Source: Eutreptiella sp. 'Long Island Sound 2002'
Lineage: Eukaryota > Protista > Euglenida
Direction: 5' to 3'
Assembly: GCA_964036045.1 (NCBI GenBank)
Contig: OZ038378.1
Span: forward strand, 156,178,001 to 156,242,000
Length of the DNA stretch: 64,000 nt
The translations under genes were made by a program, and so were the position numbers. The notes beneath the pieces were generated by a model. That model was given only the letters and a program-made list of their open reading frames with translations, was not told the DNA's origin and searched no databases. Shown piece by piece: positions 50,127 to 60,545 of the stretch (positions within the stretch are counted from its first letter, which is position 1; every line of letters begins with the position of its first letter).

Positions 50127-51340
50127 CTAGGTCGTCCCTTGTTGCTCCCGGCTCTCCCGCTGCGCTTGCGCTACTGCTGGGGTGGGATTGGGGCTGTGGT
50201 TGGGGTTTGGGTTGTGGTGGCATGCCTGCCTGTTGTGCGGGGCACGGCCGCCATCTCCAGTGGTTGCCTTGGCATCTGCTGCAGGGGTAAGGCGGGGGCC
50301 CGGACGCATCATACTGTCGCTCCGTTGTGTGCACCGTGTAAATGGTCTGGGCCCCCACCTGAGTGAACCCCCCCGTACGGGGGGGCGGAGGCTGAGGCCA
50401 CTGATGCCGGGGCTGTGCGGGCCTGTGGCACATTTGTGGCCTGCGGCCACTGCGCGGTCTGTGCTTGCGGTCGTGAGATGTTGTGGGATGGGGGCCGCTG
50501 TCGCACAGTCTCTAGACCAGTGCCCGCACATTCCGCACCTGAAGCATGCCCCCGGTGGGCCACGTGCGTGCGCGCCATTTGCTGGAGCGGTACCTGGGGG
50601 GCCGCCTGGAAAACGGGGAAGGCCTGCTGGTGGGCCATAAGTGCTGTTGGTGCTATTGGTACGGGCCGCGGGGCCGGCTGTGGCGCTCGTGTGGTCACCG
50701 TCAGGGACAGGGTTGTCCATACCGCCGCGCGTAGTACTTCTCCCGCTTTGGCCACATCTTCGGGTCCCGCCATTGGTGTCGTCCCATATGCCTGCAGTGC
50801 CGGCACCAAATCTCTTTCCATCCCGGCCTGCATCGCCTTGTCGCTGACGGCCTTGACCTGCTCCTCCGAACACAGGGGGATCTTAGGCATTCGGAGCTTT
50901 GCAACCTGGGCTTCCAGGTCTGCAATTTCGTTTTGTACGGGGTCCACCCCTGGCACTGTTTGTGGTTGTTCTTGCGGCAGCCCTTGCGGCGGTTTCGGCG
51001 CCTCGACCCATTTCCCCTGCAGTAGGTGCACCTTGTATGGCTTGGCCTTCTCATACGCTGCCAACGCCAGCAGCACTTCGTGATTCGGCTTGTGTGGTGC
51101 CGCCCAGTGCACCATCTCCCGCACTCCCGCTTCAATGAGCCCTTGGCGCGTTGCCCTGTCTCGGTACCCAAGCTGCCTTGGCCTCCGGCGCGAGGAAGGC
51201 CGTGGCGATCGGCGCGAGGAAGGCCGTGGCGATCGGCGGGCATGTCTCGAACCACACTTTCCACTGCGCATACAGGGGGTCGAGCCCCGCTGCCTCAAAG
51301 TCCATTGGGGCCCTCGAACGCCCAGCGGGGTTGCATGCTG
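50127..51340 (-). pseudogene. Gag-like region with CCHC zinc knuckle
   Basis: CFRCGMCGHWSRDC (C-x2-C-x4-H-x4-C) at 50505-50546; the upstream helical region is in another frame (50309-51298). Confidence 0.8.
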
Positions 51341-51372
51341 CTAGATGAACCATCTCCGCCCGCTTCTGGCAT

Positions 51373-51600
51373 GCCTCCTCCGGCGCGCCCAAAGAGATGC
51401 AGCGTGCACTTCTCTGGCACGCCGTAGTCCTCCAGGGTGACATCACCTCTAGTTAACTTTTTCCCCGCGTACATGAGCCGTTGATGTTCCGTGGCGATGC
51501 CCTCCCGTGCTGCTACTTGGTCCCGCACATGGTCCACCAGCGCGTGCTCCGTCCGCAGGTGGATCGCGATGGTTTTCAGTCCGATGTTGATGAAGATGCA
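51373..51600 (-). CDS. Ubiquitin-like domain (76 aa) within ORF1 of the YR element
   Basis: CIFINIGLKTIAIHLRTEHALVDHVRDQVAAREGIATEHQRLMYAGKKLTRGDVTLEDYGVPEKCTLHLFGRAGGG aligns by eye to ubiquitin (QIFV..KTI, EGI...QRL.FAGK.L, TL.DY, TLHL..R..GG). It is followed directly by Met. Confidence 0.88.
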
Positions 51601-54600
51601 GCAGTGCTCCTGTGCTTCCAGCCTTTCGCTGTCCCCTGCATCAGCTCGGTACTGTACTGCAGCTTTGTCGATGTCGCCTTCCGCCGCCTCGGTGCCCGCA
51701 TGTGCCCTTGTTCCCCGCATTGCCGGGGGACGAACTCGGGGTCATGTTGCCTGTTCTGATTTCCCACCCCGATAGGTATCTCGATCTCCCCCACCCCACC
51801 TTCCGGGAGGCCTTGTGCTCCGCGGCTATTCAAGCCGCTGCGCTGAGTATCCCCCCAAATAGCGGGGCTGGGGCAGTCGAGGGCGCCATCCGTCGGTGGG
51901 TGGTCTGTGCCCGTGACGGCAGTATGGGGCACTCGACGTTCACTCCCCGCATCCGTCTCCTCGGCTCCCATGTAGTGCCTTGATACAGAGGGTCCGCTGA
52001 AGCGGGCCGTCTCGGACTCGCGGGCGTTCTCGTCCGTGCTCACTGTAGGCTCTCGTGCCCGCTACATATGTTTTAGCTCTTCGCCCCCGCGTCGTATGCT
52101 CCGGCTCGTTCTCAGTGGACGTCTTCGGACGCGGTGCAGCCTGCAGCGCCTCGTACGTCTTGGCAGCCTCGAGCGTCGCGGAGTCGTCCTGCGAGTCACG
52201 ATTGGGATCGGTGGCTCAAGGTCCCCCTCTCGCGGTGTGGAAGCTATCCCTTCAGCGATGTGTTCCGCGCCCACGCACCCCTCGTCCTGGCGCGCGTCCC
52301 GGGCGGCCGCTACGATGACGACCATGCTGGCGAGGCCTTCAAGGGGCAGCGTCTGGTACTGCAAGGCGGTGCCGCATTGTGTATACCCAGCCATACCCGG
52401 CTGTTGGCGAGTCAGCGTGGGGTTCACGGTGCTTTGCCCCAGCTCGCACCTGGCCTGTAACACGCCAATGACCGTGGCCGCCGTCGCCAGCAAGGCCCAC
52501 GTTCGTGCCACTTGCCGTTGTTTGTACCCTGAACGCCATGCCCCTTCATCAGCCATGATTCCCTCTGGTGAGGCTCAGGCAGGTTAGAAATACATCAAGC
52601 TGGGTGTGTGGAGCATGTACCTCAGGCAGTGACACTGTCACTGTCACTTAAGCCGTCACTGTCATAGCTACTTCTCCTGGACCCCCCCCCCTTACCCGGC
52701 AAAACAAAAGTTGCTATGCACAACTTGTGTTGAAACAAACCACAGCCGCACACAGGCATCACGTTCAGCAGAGCCTCTAGGAACATATGCGGGAGATTGC
52801 AGTTCAACATTATTATTTGCGCACCATCCGGGGCGTGCCGGACCGCCTGACAGATTTACACGCGCGCATCTACACCCTGGAGGGACCTGGTGCACGGGCC
52901 GGGGTAGCACCGGATCCTACTGCGGATTGCAACATCCGTCTGCAGTCCGTGGAACAGAAGGTAGCACAATTCGAGTGTGTACCGCAAGACGGGCACTCTG
53001 CCACGCTTCCTACAAGGGGTGGTACACTTCGAGAGGCAGACTGTCGTAGCCAGGCCACGGTAGAGCAATGTGTGCGTCAGCACTGCACAGTGTTCAATGA
53101 CAGATTCAAATCCCTCGAACAAGAGGTAACACGATGCGTGGCGTCGGTAGAGTTTGCCCAGGCCTCCTGGCAGGCCACGTCGGAGGTTACCCCCCCTCCG
53201 GACCCGACAGTTGGCAGAGGGTCTGTGCCCCTAGATCACCGGGTGTGCTAGTTGGACTCTCCGGTGACCGAAGCTCATCACGACCTGTGGCACCTACAGG
53301 CCACGGTGGGAGGAATGGTCCAATTGTCAAGGTCGTCAGGGGAATCCCCGGCAACACCGGCCCTGTGGAAGACCGAGAGTACCCGTGGATGCGGAAGCTC
53401 CTCTAGGGTCAGAGGTACCATCGGCGACCACTACTGCCGCCGCACAGCCCAGTACGTCGTATGACGTGCACGCCGCATAGTTGGACGCCAGAGAGACTCC
53501 ACCATCCTACGCTGCTACTTATCCCTCACCGCCCCCACCACCTAGGGAGGAGGGCCCCGAGAGGCAACCCATGCCCAACCCGCAGCTCCTCCGCGCCCGG
53601 GCGTAGAGTCGTGGGCGGGGGGTGATGGCCACCTAGGGCAGATTCGATTTTTCTGTCTGCGAGATTGGCTCAATGCCCAGGGAAAATTCGACCCCGTCGA
53701 CTTCCTTGAGTACCTTGAAAATGTCGGGGATGGCGAAGTGGGTGCATCCCTTAAGGTTAGACCATCCTGGGGTCCCTGACAATGGAAGAGCGTTCGAGGA
53801 AGTGTTGATGAATGACATTGCGTCGAGGCCCAATGATACGAGCTCAGCGACGGCCCCCGGACGCCTGTTGGTGGGGCTTTTAGGCCCACAGCTCGCGGTG
53901 TTATTGGACCCCAACCAATTGAAGGCCACCCAGGCCAACACCCACCGTCCGTCCTCTGATGCTGAAGGGGCCACCGCCCGCGACTATTGGCAAGGCTGGC
54001 TGCTTTACGAAAAAAAACACAAACCATCTGCAGCAAGAGCACCTCCAAAAAGAGGCCCTGCTACAAAGCTTGCCCGCCTCAAGACAAAATGTCCTCGGGA
54101 AACGATGCGCCCGCCGCTTCACCGATTACCATAAGCCGAAAGCCGTGGTCAAAACGCAAGTAGACTGGGCATTGGCAAAATACGGCGCCTCCAAAAGCTG
54201 GCAGGACATTGCACCGCCGCACCTGCCACGGCCAACTCGCTCACTGAGTGAGTCAATGATTGGTGCCAGGCGGGCGCGCGCGTGCATGGTGGAGTGAGTC
54301 ACCACGGGGCCAGGAGGAAGTTCCTCAAGGCTCTGTATATGTCCAATGCCTACCAAGGGGATCTGGATGCAATGGTTTTGGTGGAGGCCAAGCAGAACGG
54401 CAAGTTCTCCTATCTGGAGGCCTTCTGCTTTATTTTGACGCAACTTGTCGGTAAAAAACGAGCCAAGGTGATTAAGCAAACCATTGTCGGAGAGGCGCGT
54501 GCGGTCATTGCTATGTAGCAACATGGCCGGGGCCGGCCCCGCGGACATGGCAAAAGGAAAAGGCGGTGTTGACAGCGGGTCACCAAACGTAGCAGCAGCG

Positions 54601-57008
54601 GCCATGCCGAGCAATGGAAATCATGACACGACAAACCCGCGCCAGTGCACGGTGTTTTGTCGCACAGGCCATACGGACGCTCAGTGCCGGGAACGACACC
54701 CGCATTTGAGGCCCCAGGTAAAAGCCAGAGGGGCAGGGGTTACACCGCCCAACGGCACCCCGCCGGCACCCTGTAACCCACCGCCGGGCGGACGGAGCAC
54801 CGGGATTCCATACTGTCTTGACCGAGGCAGAGGACGTCACCCGCCGGAGCTCTGTTGGCAGAAGCACCCAAAGCTGCGAGAGGCAGCCATGCGGGCTGGC
54901 AAGGCCGGCAAGGGCAGAGGCGCCGGTATAGGTAAGGGGCAATAGGGCTGCAGCCGGTGGTTGCGTCTGGACGCCAAGCCCCGCACCGTCCGTCCGCGTT
55001 GTTATGTCCCTTGCGAGTGTGCAGTTTGTCTGGAACCTTCACTAGAAAACTGTGCACCCTCCGGGTTGTGGTAGGACCTGAAGTTCTACGCCCACGGCGT
55101 AGTGGAAAAGCCTTCGAGCGCGATATTGAGCTGGAGGCTGCGGTCAGGATTGTATTGGCCGGCGACTCTAGTAGGAACACCAGGGTACTCGCAGACTCAG
55201 GTGGCCTTGTTTTGGCGGTTGCCGGGTTCGGCGTTTTCCCTCGTCCACTTCGCACACAGGCGCCTCACAAGTTCGGACTTATGGGGGCGGAGCCCACGCA
55301 GTTACAAGGGGGTATTGGGTAAGTATGAGGCTGCCAGCGGTACAAGGGGACAAAGTCACTACAGCATATTGTACCGACTTCTTTATACACGAGGCGGACA
55401 TAGGCCCTCGTTTAATTTTACGTTCTCCATTCCTCGCCAGGTAAGGGTTCGCACTCCTCCCCTCCAGAAAAGAACCTAGTATACGAGGAATGCTTGCATG
55501 CATGTGTGCCACATGTACCCCTCCCCCCTGTGCAAGCAGTTTGCTCCCGGGTACAAGCAGCCACGACAATACAAGGAGTAGGGTCAGTGTAGGATTTAGA
55601 GTTCACGGTCCATGCCAGACAGATCGCCACGTCGGCACAGGCTTTAGGTTCAAGTCAAGGCGCCACGACGGTACAAGGTGCAAGATCACCTCAGGGTCCC
55701 GCGTATGGAGTAGAGAACACTGTTGGAGGTCCAGTGTGGGGATATTTGTCTGATGAGTCCACTGATAATCTGGACGATGCTACTTTACAGTTCAACCACG
55801 AGTGTCCTGAGTGTCCTGGCGGTACTGGCTATACATATACAGCTAAGGAGTGTATGGCAGACGGCCGATGGTTGCGCAAAAAGGCCAAGCGGCCTAGGAG
55901 ACCAATAGTTCGTAAAAGCTCGAATGCTAATGCGTCACATACGGACGGACCTCGTGCCATGTCCAGAGTACATGGGCAGTACCATAAATACGGCGGACAA
56001 ATATTGCAAGATGAGCCTCTATGGGTACATGCTTTTGGCCCTCGGCTGCATACTTGGCAAGCACGAGGCGCAGCCGCAAATGCCGAAACCGGCCCATGTT
56101 TTACCCTCCCCGGGATACCGAAAAGCCAACCCCGGAGGACACACCCTTTTGAGCACTTAGGGCATTATCCCCAAAGCCCGCGTCAGATGAGGAGAGTGAA
56201 GGTGCACTGTTGGATGACAGAGTACCCGAGGACCCGGATGGCGCGCAACGAGCCAGTGTTATAGGACTTCAAGACTGGTCTTCCTACCGACTAGGCCAGG
56301 TGCTTTCAGTTCCCGCCTTTTCAGGAGGCGAGTCCCCGCCATCGGACCTCGAGGCTCATTCGCACAGTTCAAACAGGACGAGTGATTCTGTCGTTCAGCA
56401 TGCAAAAAAGCGCTAAAGGTGCGAAAAGAAAGGAGAAAAAGCGGCAGGCAAAAGCCTGACCTCTGATCATTCCGGTCATACACGACTGGCATACCGCAGT
56501 ACCTCGGAGGGGGTGACAAGCAGAATTCTCACAAACATCATCAGCGCCAAAGGCCCAAGCGAAGCGCCTGGTGGGAGGTACGACATGAGGCCGTTGCGGA
56601 TGGTCCTCCATATACACCATATTCTAAACATCGAGCCGACACCCTCGGGGATAAAGAGGAAGCATATAGTGTAGTTCTTGAGTTCCCGGAATGGATATTG
56701 CAGTGGGCTAACCGCCCTACCCGGACTACATACCCTTCCCGTACCCGATGAATGTCCTCCCATCCCCCCGACACACGGTGGCATGGCAAGCGCGGCCCTT
56801 CGAGACCGAAGGAGTGTCAGCGGAACGTCAGCTCAGCACCAACCTGGCTCGAGCCCCCAATCCCGCGACCAGTAATACAGTCATGGCAAGCATGGTCGCA
56901 AGTGTCAAACGTTGTGACACCTGTGCCCTCCCAAGCAACCGGATTGAAATTTTGGGCGGGGGGGGGGGGCGCACGCGATTTCGTAATCTTCAGGAGTGTG
57001 TGTGTGGG

Positions 57009-60000
57009 CTTCAATTGGTCGGTAGGCTGAGCTGGATGTCCCCGCCATAGACACTTCCAGCCATTGTTCTTCAGCAAGTTCACAGCAGTGCGTCCGGGTT
57101 TTTGCTAGGCGACTGTCCCGGTGCTTCCGCCAGTGTTCGCTTGTCCCTACCTTCCATATGTACACTGTCGTACCCAAGTTTGCGGGGCTTTGACTCTACA
57201 GGGTCAGTGGCGTGCATGGTGGTCAGGGTCAGTCCCTGGGATACCTGCTTGACGCTGGCCCCATTCGGCCGGTACTCCTGGGATCTTGGTTCGGGCTCAC
57301 TGTGCCCTGGTGGTGCTGGTTAGCGCACATTCAACACACAGCCATTCAGGGCCTCAAATGGTCAGGTTGCAGTGTCCGCATTTGGCTCTGCCATTCAGGG
57401 GGGGGGGGGGGGTTGCTTGGGTGGGTTTGTTGCGCTGATGGTGCCCATGTGGGGCACTGGGTTTATGGAGTGGTGCAGTGAGAACACATGGTGCTGCAGG
57501 ACAGTGTGGAGGCGTCGTCAGACATGCGTGACGCTGGCGATGTGTGCCTTGATGAGGTGTGGGAGGACGGCATGCTTTCGGTGTCTGCCTGGCTTGGTCC
57601 CTGCTCCCAGTCCATTTCAACCAGCTGCAGTTCTGCCAACAGATTTGCTGCTACACGTGGCGACATGGGTGATGGTGGTTGGGGGGTGTGAAATGTAGTT
57701 CTGCGTTCCAGCGCCTCCCACGGTGTGTGCATGCAGTGCACTGTGCTCGGTGTGGCCAATGAGGTGTGAGGGAGGCGGGCTCGGAGGTTGGAGAGTGGCG
57801 TGTAGGCGACGGTGTGTGGTGTGAATCTCTTCGGGTATTTGGGGTTCCTGGCCGGGGTGCAATCTTCAATGTCCTGTGACGGTGTCGGTCGGCGAGGGGT
57901 TCTGGGGGGGGGTGGGGGGGTGCTGTACTCTTCCGCTGTGTGCCGCAGTGGTGTGAGCTGCGACTCTGGGAGGGGGGGCTCGTCAAGCTCTGGGGCCTCT
58001 TCCTCCAGTAGGTCCGCTAAGGATTGTACATCATCATTGTCTGGTGGCTGTTGTTGCCCTGTTTGCGAGACGGAGACGTGTCCAAAAAGGAGGGGGGATT
58101 TTCGCCGACCGACATCCGCCAGATGATCCGCTCTGGTATTGCCTTTGATTCCTATGTGGGAGGGGATGTGCATCCAGTGGGTGGGGGAGTGTGCTGATTC
58201 AATTAGGTCCAGTACCTGGGTCCACAGGTCCACGTGGCTGACCGGGCCCGCGGATCCTGTCCACTTGTGCCTGCGCCACTTTTGGGCCTTGCCGTGGACA
58301 CCGTCTACAACGAGTAAGGAGTCAGGGCAGATCAGGACAGGTTTGTCTGGTGACCGTGCTTGCAGCGCGCGCAGGGCTGCCCTCAGTTCCCCTCTGTTGT
58401 TGGTTTGGGGTTCACTCACTGGAATTGGTTCGGCTGTATCCCTGGAATCCCCAAAGGAGACGCCATACCCTCCCACTCGTCCTACTACCTCATGGTCCTC
58501 CGATGATCCGTCGGGATATATGACTTCCCACCCTGCTTCGACATACCGCTGGATTATTTGTTCATAGTACTCACAGAGTTCTTGTTTGTGTGTTTCTTTT
58601 CTCCGTTTCTTGCGTGCCGGGGCTACCAGTGTGGGGGGGGGGAGGGAGGAGTTGTGTGCTGTGTGGACCCTCGGGTGCTGGATCGTGAGCGTGTTCGGAT
58701 CACTCAGAGAATCGAGTGCCTGCAAGAACAACTGTGTTTCTGATTTGGGGAAGGAGGGGAAGGGGTGGTCCACCCAATCGCTGAGGTTGGCTCTCCACTG
58801 TTTCAGAAACTGTTGCCACGGGGGTTGGAAGGTTGGGTGATGAAATTTGCATCTGCTGCGGACCATCCAGTTTGCCCTGACCGCAGACCAGTAGAGCAGC
58901 CCTAGGGGGGATGAGACAGAGAGTGCAGGTTGATCCCATAAGATTGCTTCTGGGTCTGCTGTGGAGCCGTCCGCTAGCGCTGCAGGTCCCACACATTGTT
59001 GGGCAATGAAAAATGCAGGTTGCAGAAATTTACAGTGCAGGGTGGCATGCTTGATTGTTTCTTGAACCCCTGGGTGTAGTGGGCATGCAGTGCCATTTGG
59101 CTGCCAACTGGCCAGCCTGGTGCCCACCGTGAGTTTGTGCCAGAGCGCTAGTTGGATGAACTGGGTGTCTCTGGGAGGGAGACGCAACTTCGCCCATGCT
59201 TGCCAGGTTTCCGCCGTCTGTCTGGGCGGTTCAGGGGTCAAGGACATTAGGTAATGCAACATGTGCCGTTTGTTCCATTCTGACCAAAACATGGGGCTTG
59301 CTTCCTTTAATTTCGTGTGGGGCGCTGCTGCTTGGATTTCTGTTATGCACGCTTTGTAAACCGGCGCCCAAGTGGGGGGCAGGAGGGCAGAATACTCTGG
59401 GATTTCAAGTAGTTGTCCCAGGGTGGTGACACCTTTGCGTAGCAGGGAAGGGGAGTAGTAGGAGTTGGCTTTGGTGTCGCGGAATAATGCTGAGTGCCAT
59501 GCAGGCAATTTGACATACTGATCCAGAGTCGGGACTGGTACTGGTGCATGTTTGCGCAGGAGGGAAAATGCCTTGCACGAGGTGCCCAGAAAGGGATAAG
59601 TCTTCCACGGTATCGGCCCCAGCTGGAGCCAGGGCAGGTGTTGGAGGTTAAGTGAGATCCCCATTTGGCTGGTCCACTGTAAAAAATGGTTTCTAGACAG
59701 CTCCGGGACACTCAGAATTTCAGAGATTGCTTGAAAGAAAGGGGTGGCATGCTGCCACAGCAGATATATATGCGGTTGGGGCAGAAGTGCTCCCCCTTTG
59801 TTTCGGGGCAGCTGTAGTATGGGCAATGTGAGTCCCCAGCTGCTGATGTTGAGTGCCTGTTTGTAGATGCTGCTCAGCTGGGCAATAACTGAGGTGGTGG
59901 GGAAGTATGCGCGCGCCGGGTAGATCAATAGAGGGAGCACCCACTCTTGGAGCAGGGCTACCCTCTCGTCCAGCGTGAGGGGTAGGGCCTTCATAAACTG

Positions 60001-60545
60001 TGCTCGTTTGAGTGCGCGTGCAAGCAGGGGGGCGTAGGCTTCCTCCGGTGTGACATGCCCAATCAAATTGCCCAGGTATTTGGTTTTTTGCTTCACAGGG
60101 ATCCCATGCGTCTGTAGCTGTGCAATGGAGTCATCAGACCAGGGACCTTTCAAGAGCAGAGCTGATTTTTCCAAGTTCAAGGTCAGCCCCACAAAAATTC
60201 CGTAGCTGTTCAGGACTGCTAAGATGCGTGGGAGGAGACGAAGCACCAGGGGGGGGGGGACTGGGAGGTACAGCAGGAGGTCATCAGCATAAAACAGGAC
60301 CTTGATGTGTGGTGAGACTGATTGAATGACTTTGATTAAAACTGAAGTTACCATTACAAACAGTGCTGGGGACAGCGGATCCCCTTGGCGGACTCCTGAC
60401 TGGGGAATTACTTCTACTCCCTGTACAATTCCCTTTCCGACAACAAACAAGAAGGGGGAGCGTAGGAGGGACATGATCAGGGATATGAGGGGAAGAGGGA
60501 TGCCTACAAACAGGAAGTAGGCAATGAAGTAGTTATGATGGACTG
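57009..60545 (-). mobile_element. Young 5'-truncated LINE with 17-bp TSD, no poly(A) tail
   Basis: AGGAGTGTGTGTGTGGG at 56992-57008 and 60546-60562; both flanks belong to the same G-rich aaatttt(g)ggcggg repeat. Truncated inside RT (.SVHHNY). Confidence 0.92.
57463..60545 (-). CDS. LINE ORF2 remainder: RT - Zn finger - RNase H (uninterrupted, ~1027 codons)
   Basis: SGVRQGDPLSP, FYADD (60280-60291), KYLG, CPLHPGVQETIKHATLHC (~59033-59096). RNase H with YPDGS, QTNNRGEL, CPDS, DLW, HIPSHIGIKGNTRADHLA (~58105-58530). Confidence 0.95.

Larger units (their letters stand above)
45914..52731 (-). mobile_element. Tyrosine-recombinase retrotransposon (VIPER/TATE-like order gag-YR-RT-RH) with split direct repeats
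   Basis: A1 52562-52731 matches A2 46108-46291; B1 46288-46398 matches B2 45914-46024; TGTT at both termini. Gag CCHC, YR, RT YLDD and RNase H motifs on the minus strand; decayed by frameshifts. Confidence 0.9.
45650..56940 (+). mobile_element. Decayed Ty3/gypsy-like LTR retrotransposon (host of the YR element); LTRs not identified
   Basis: Coiled-coil gag-like frame 45650-45913 rejoins 52732 onward. Two knuckle-like motifs in 54484-54945 (CTVFCRTGHTDAQC...HPHLRP; YCLDRGRGRHPPELCWQKHPKLR). Protease-like VLADSGG (Asp at 55194). Weak RT remnant VL.DFKTG (~56255). Integrase-like THGG...VASVKRCDTC (56770-56924). Confidence 0.55.

Noticed and set aside
55750-55790. CTGATGA-GTCCA...TGGAC-GATG hammerhead-like motif
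   Set aside because: GAAA has two mismatches and stem III is not convincing; probably chance.
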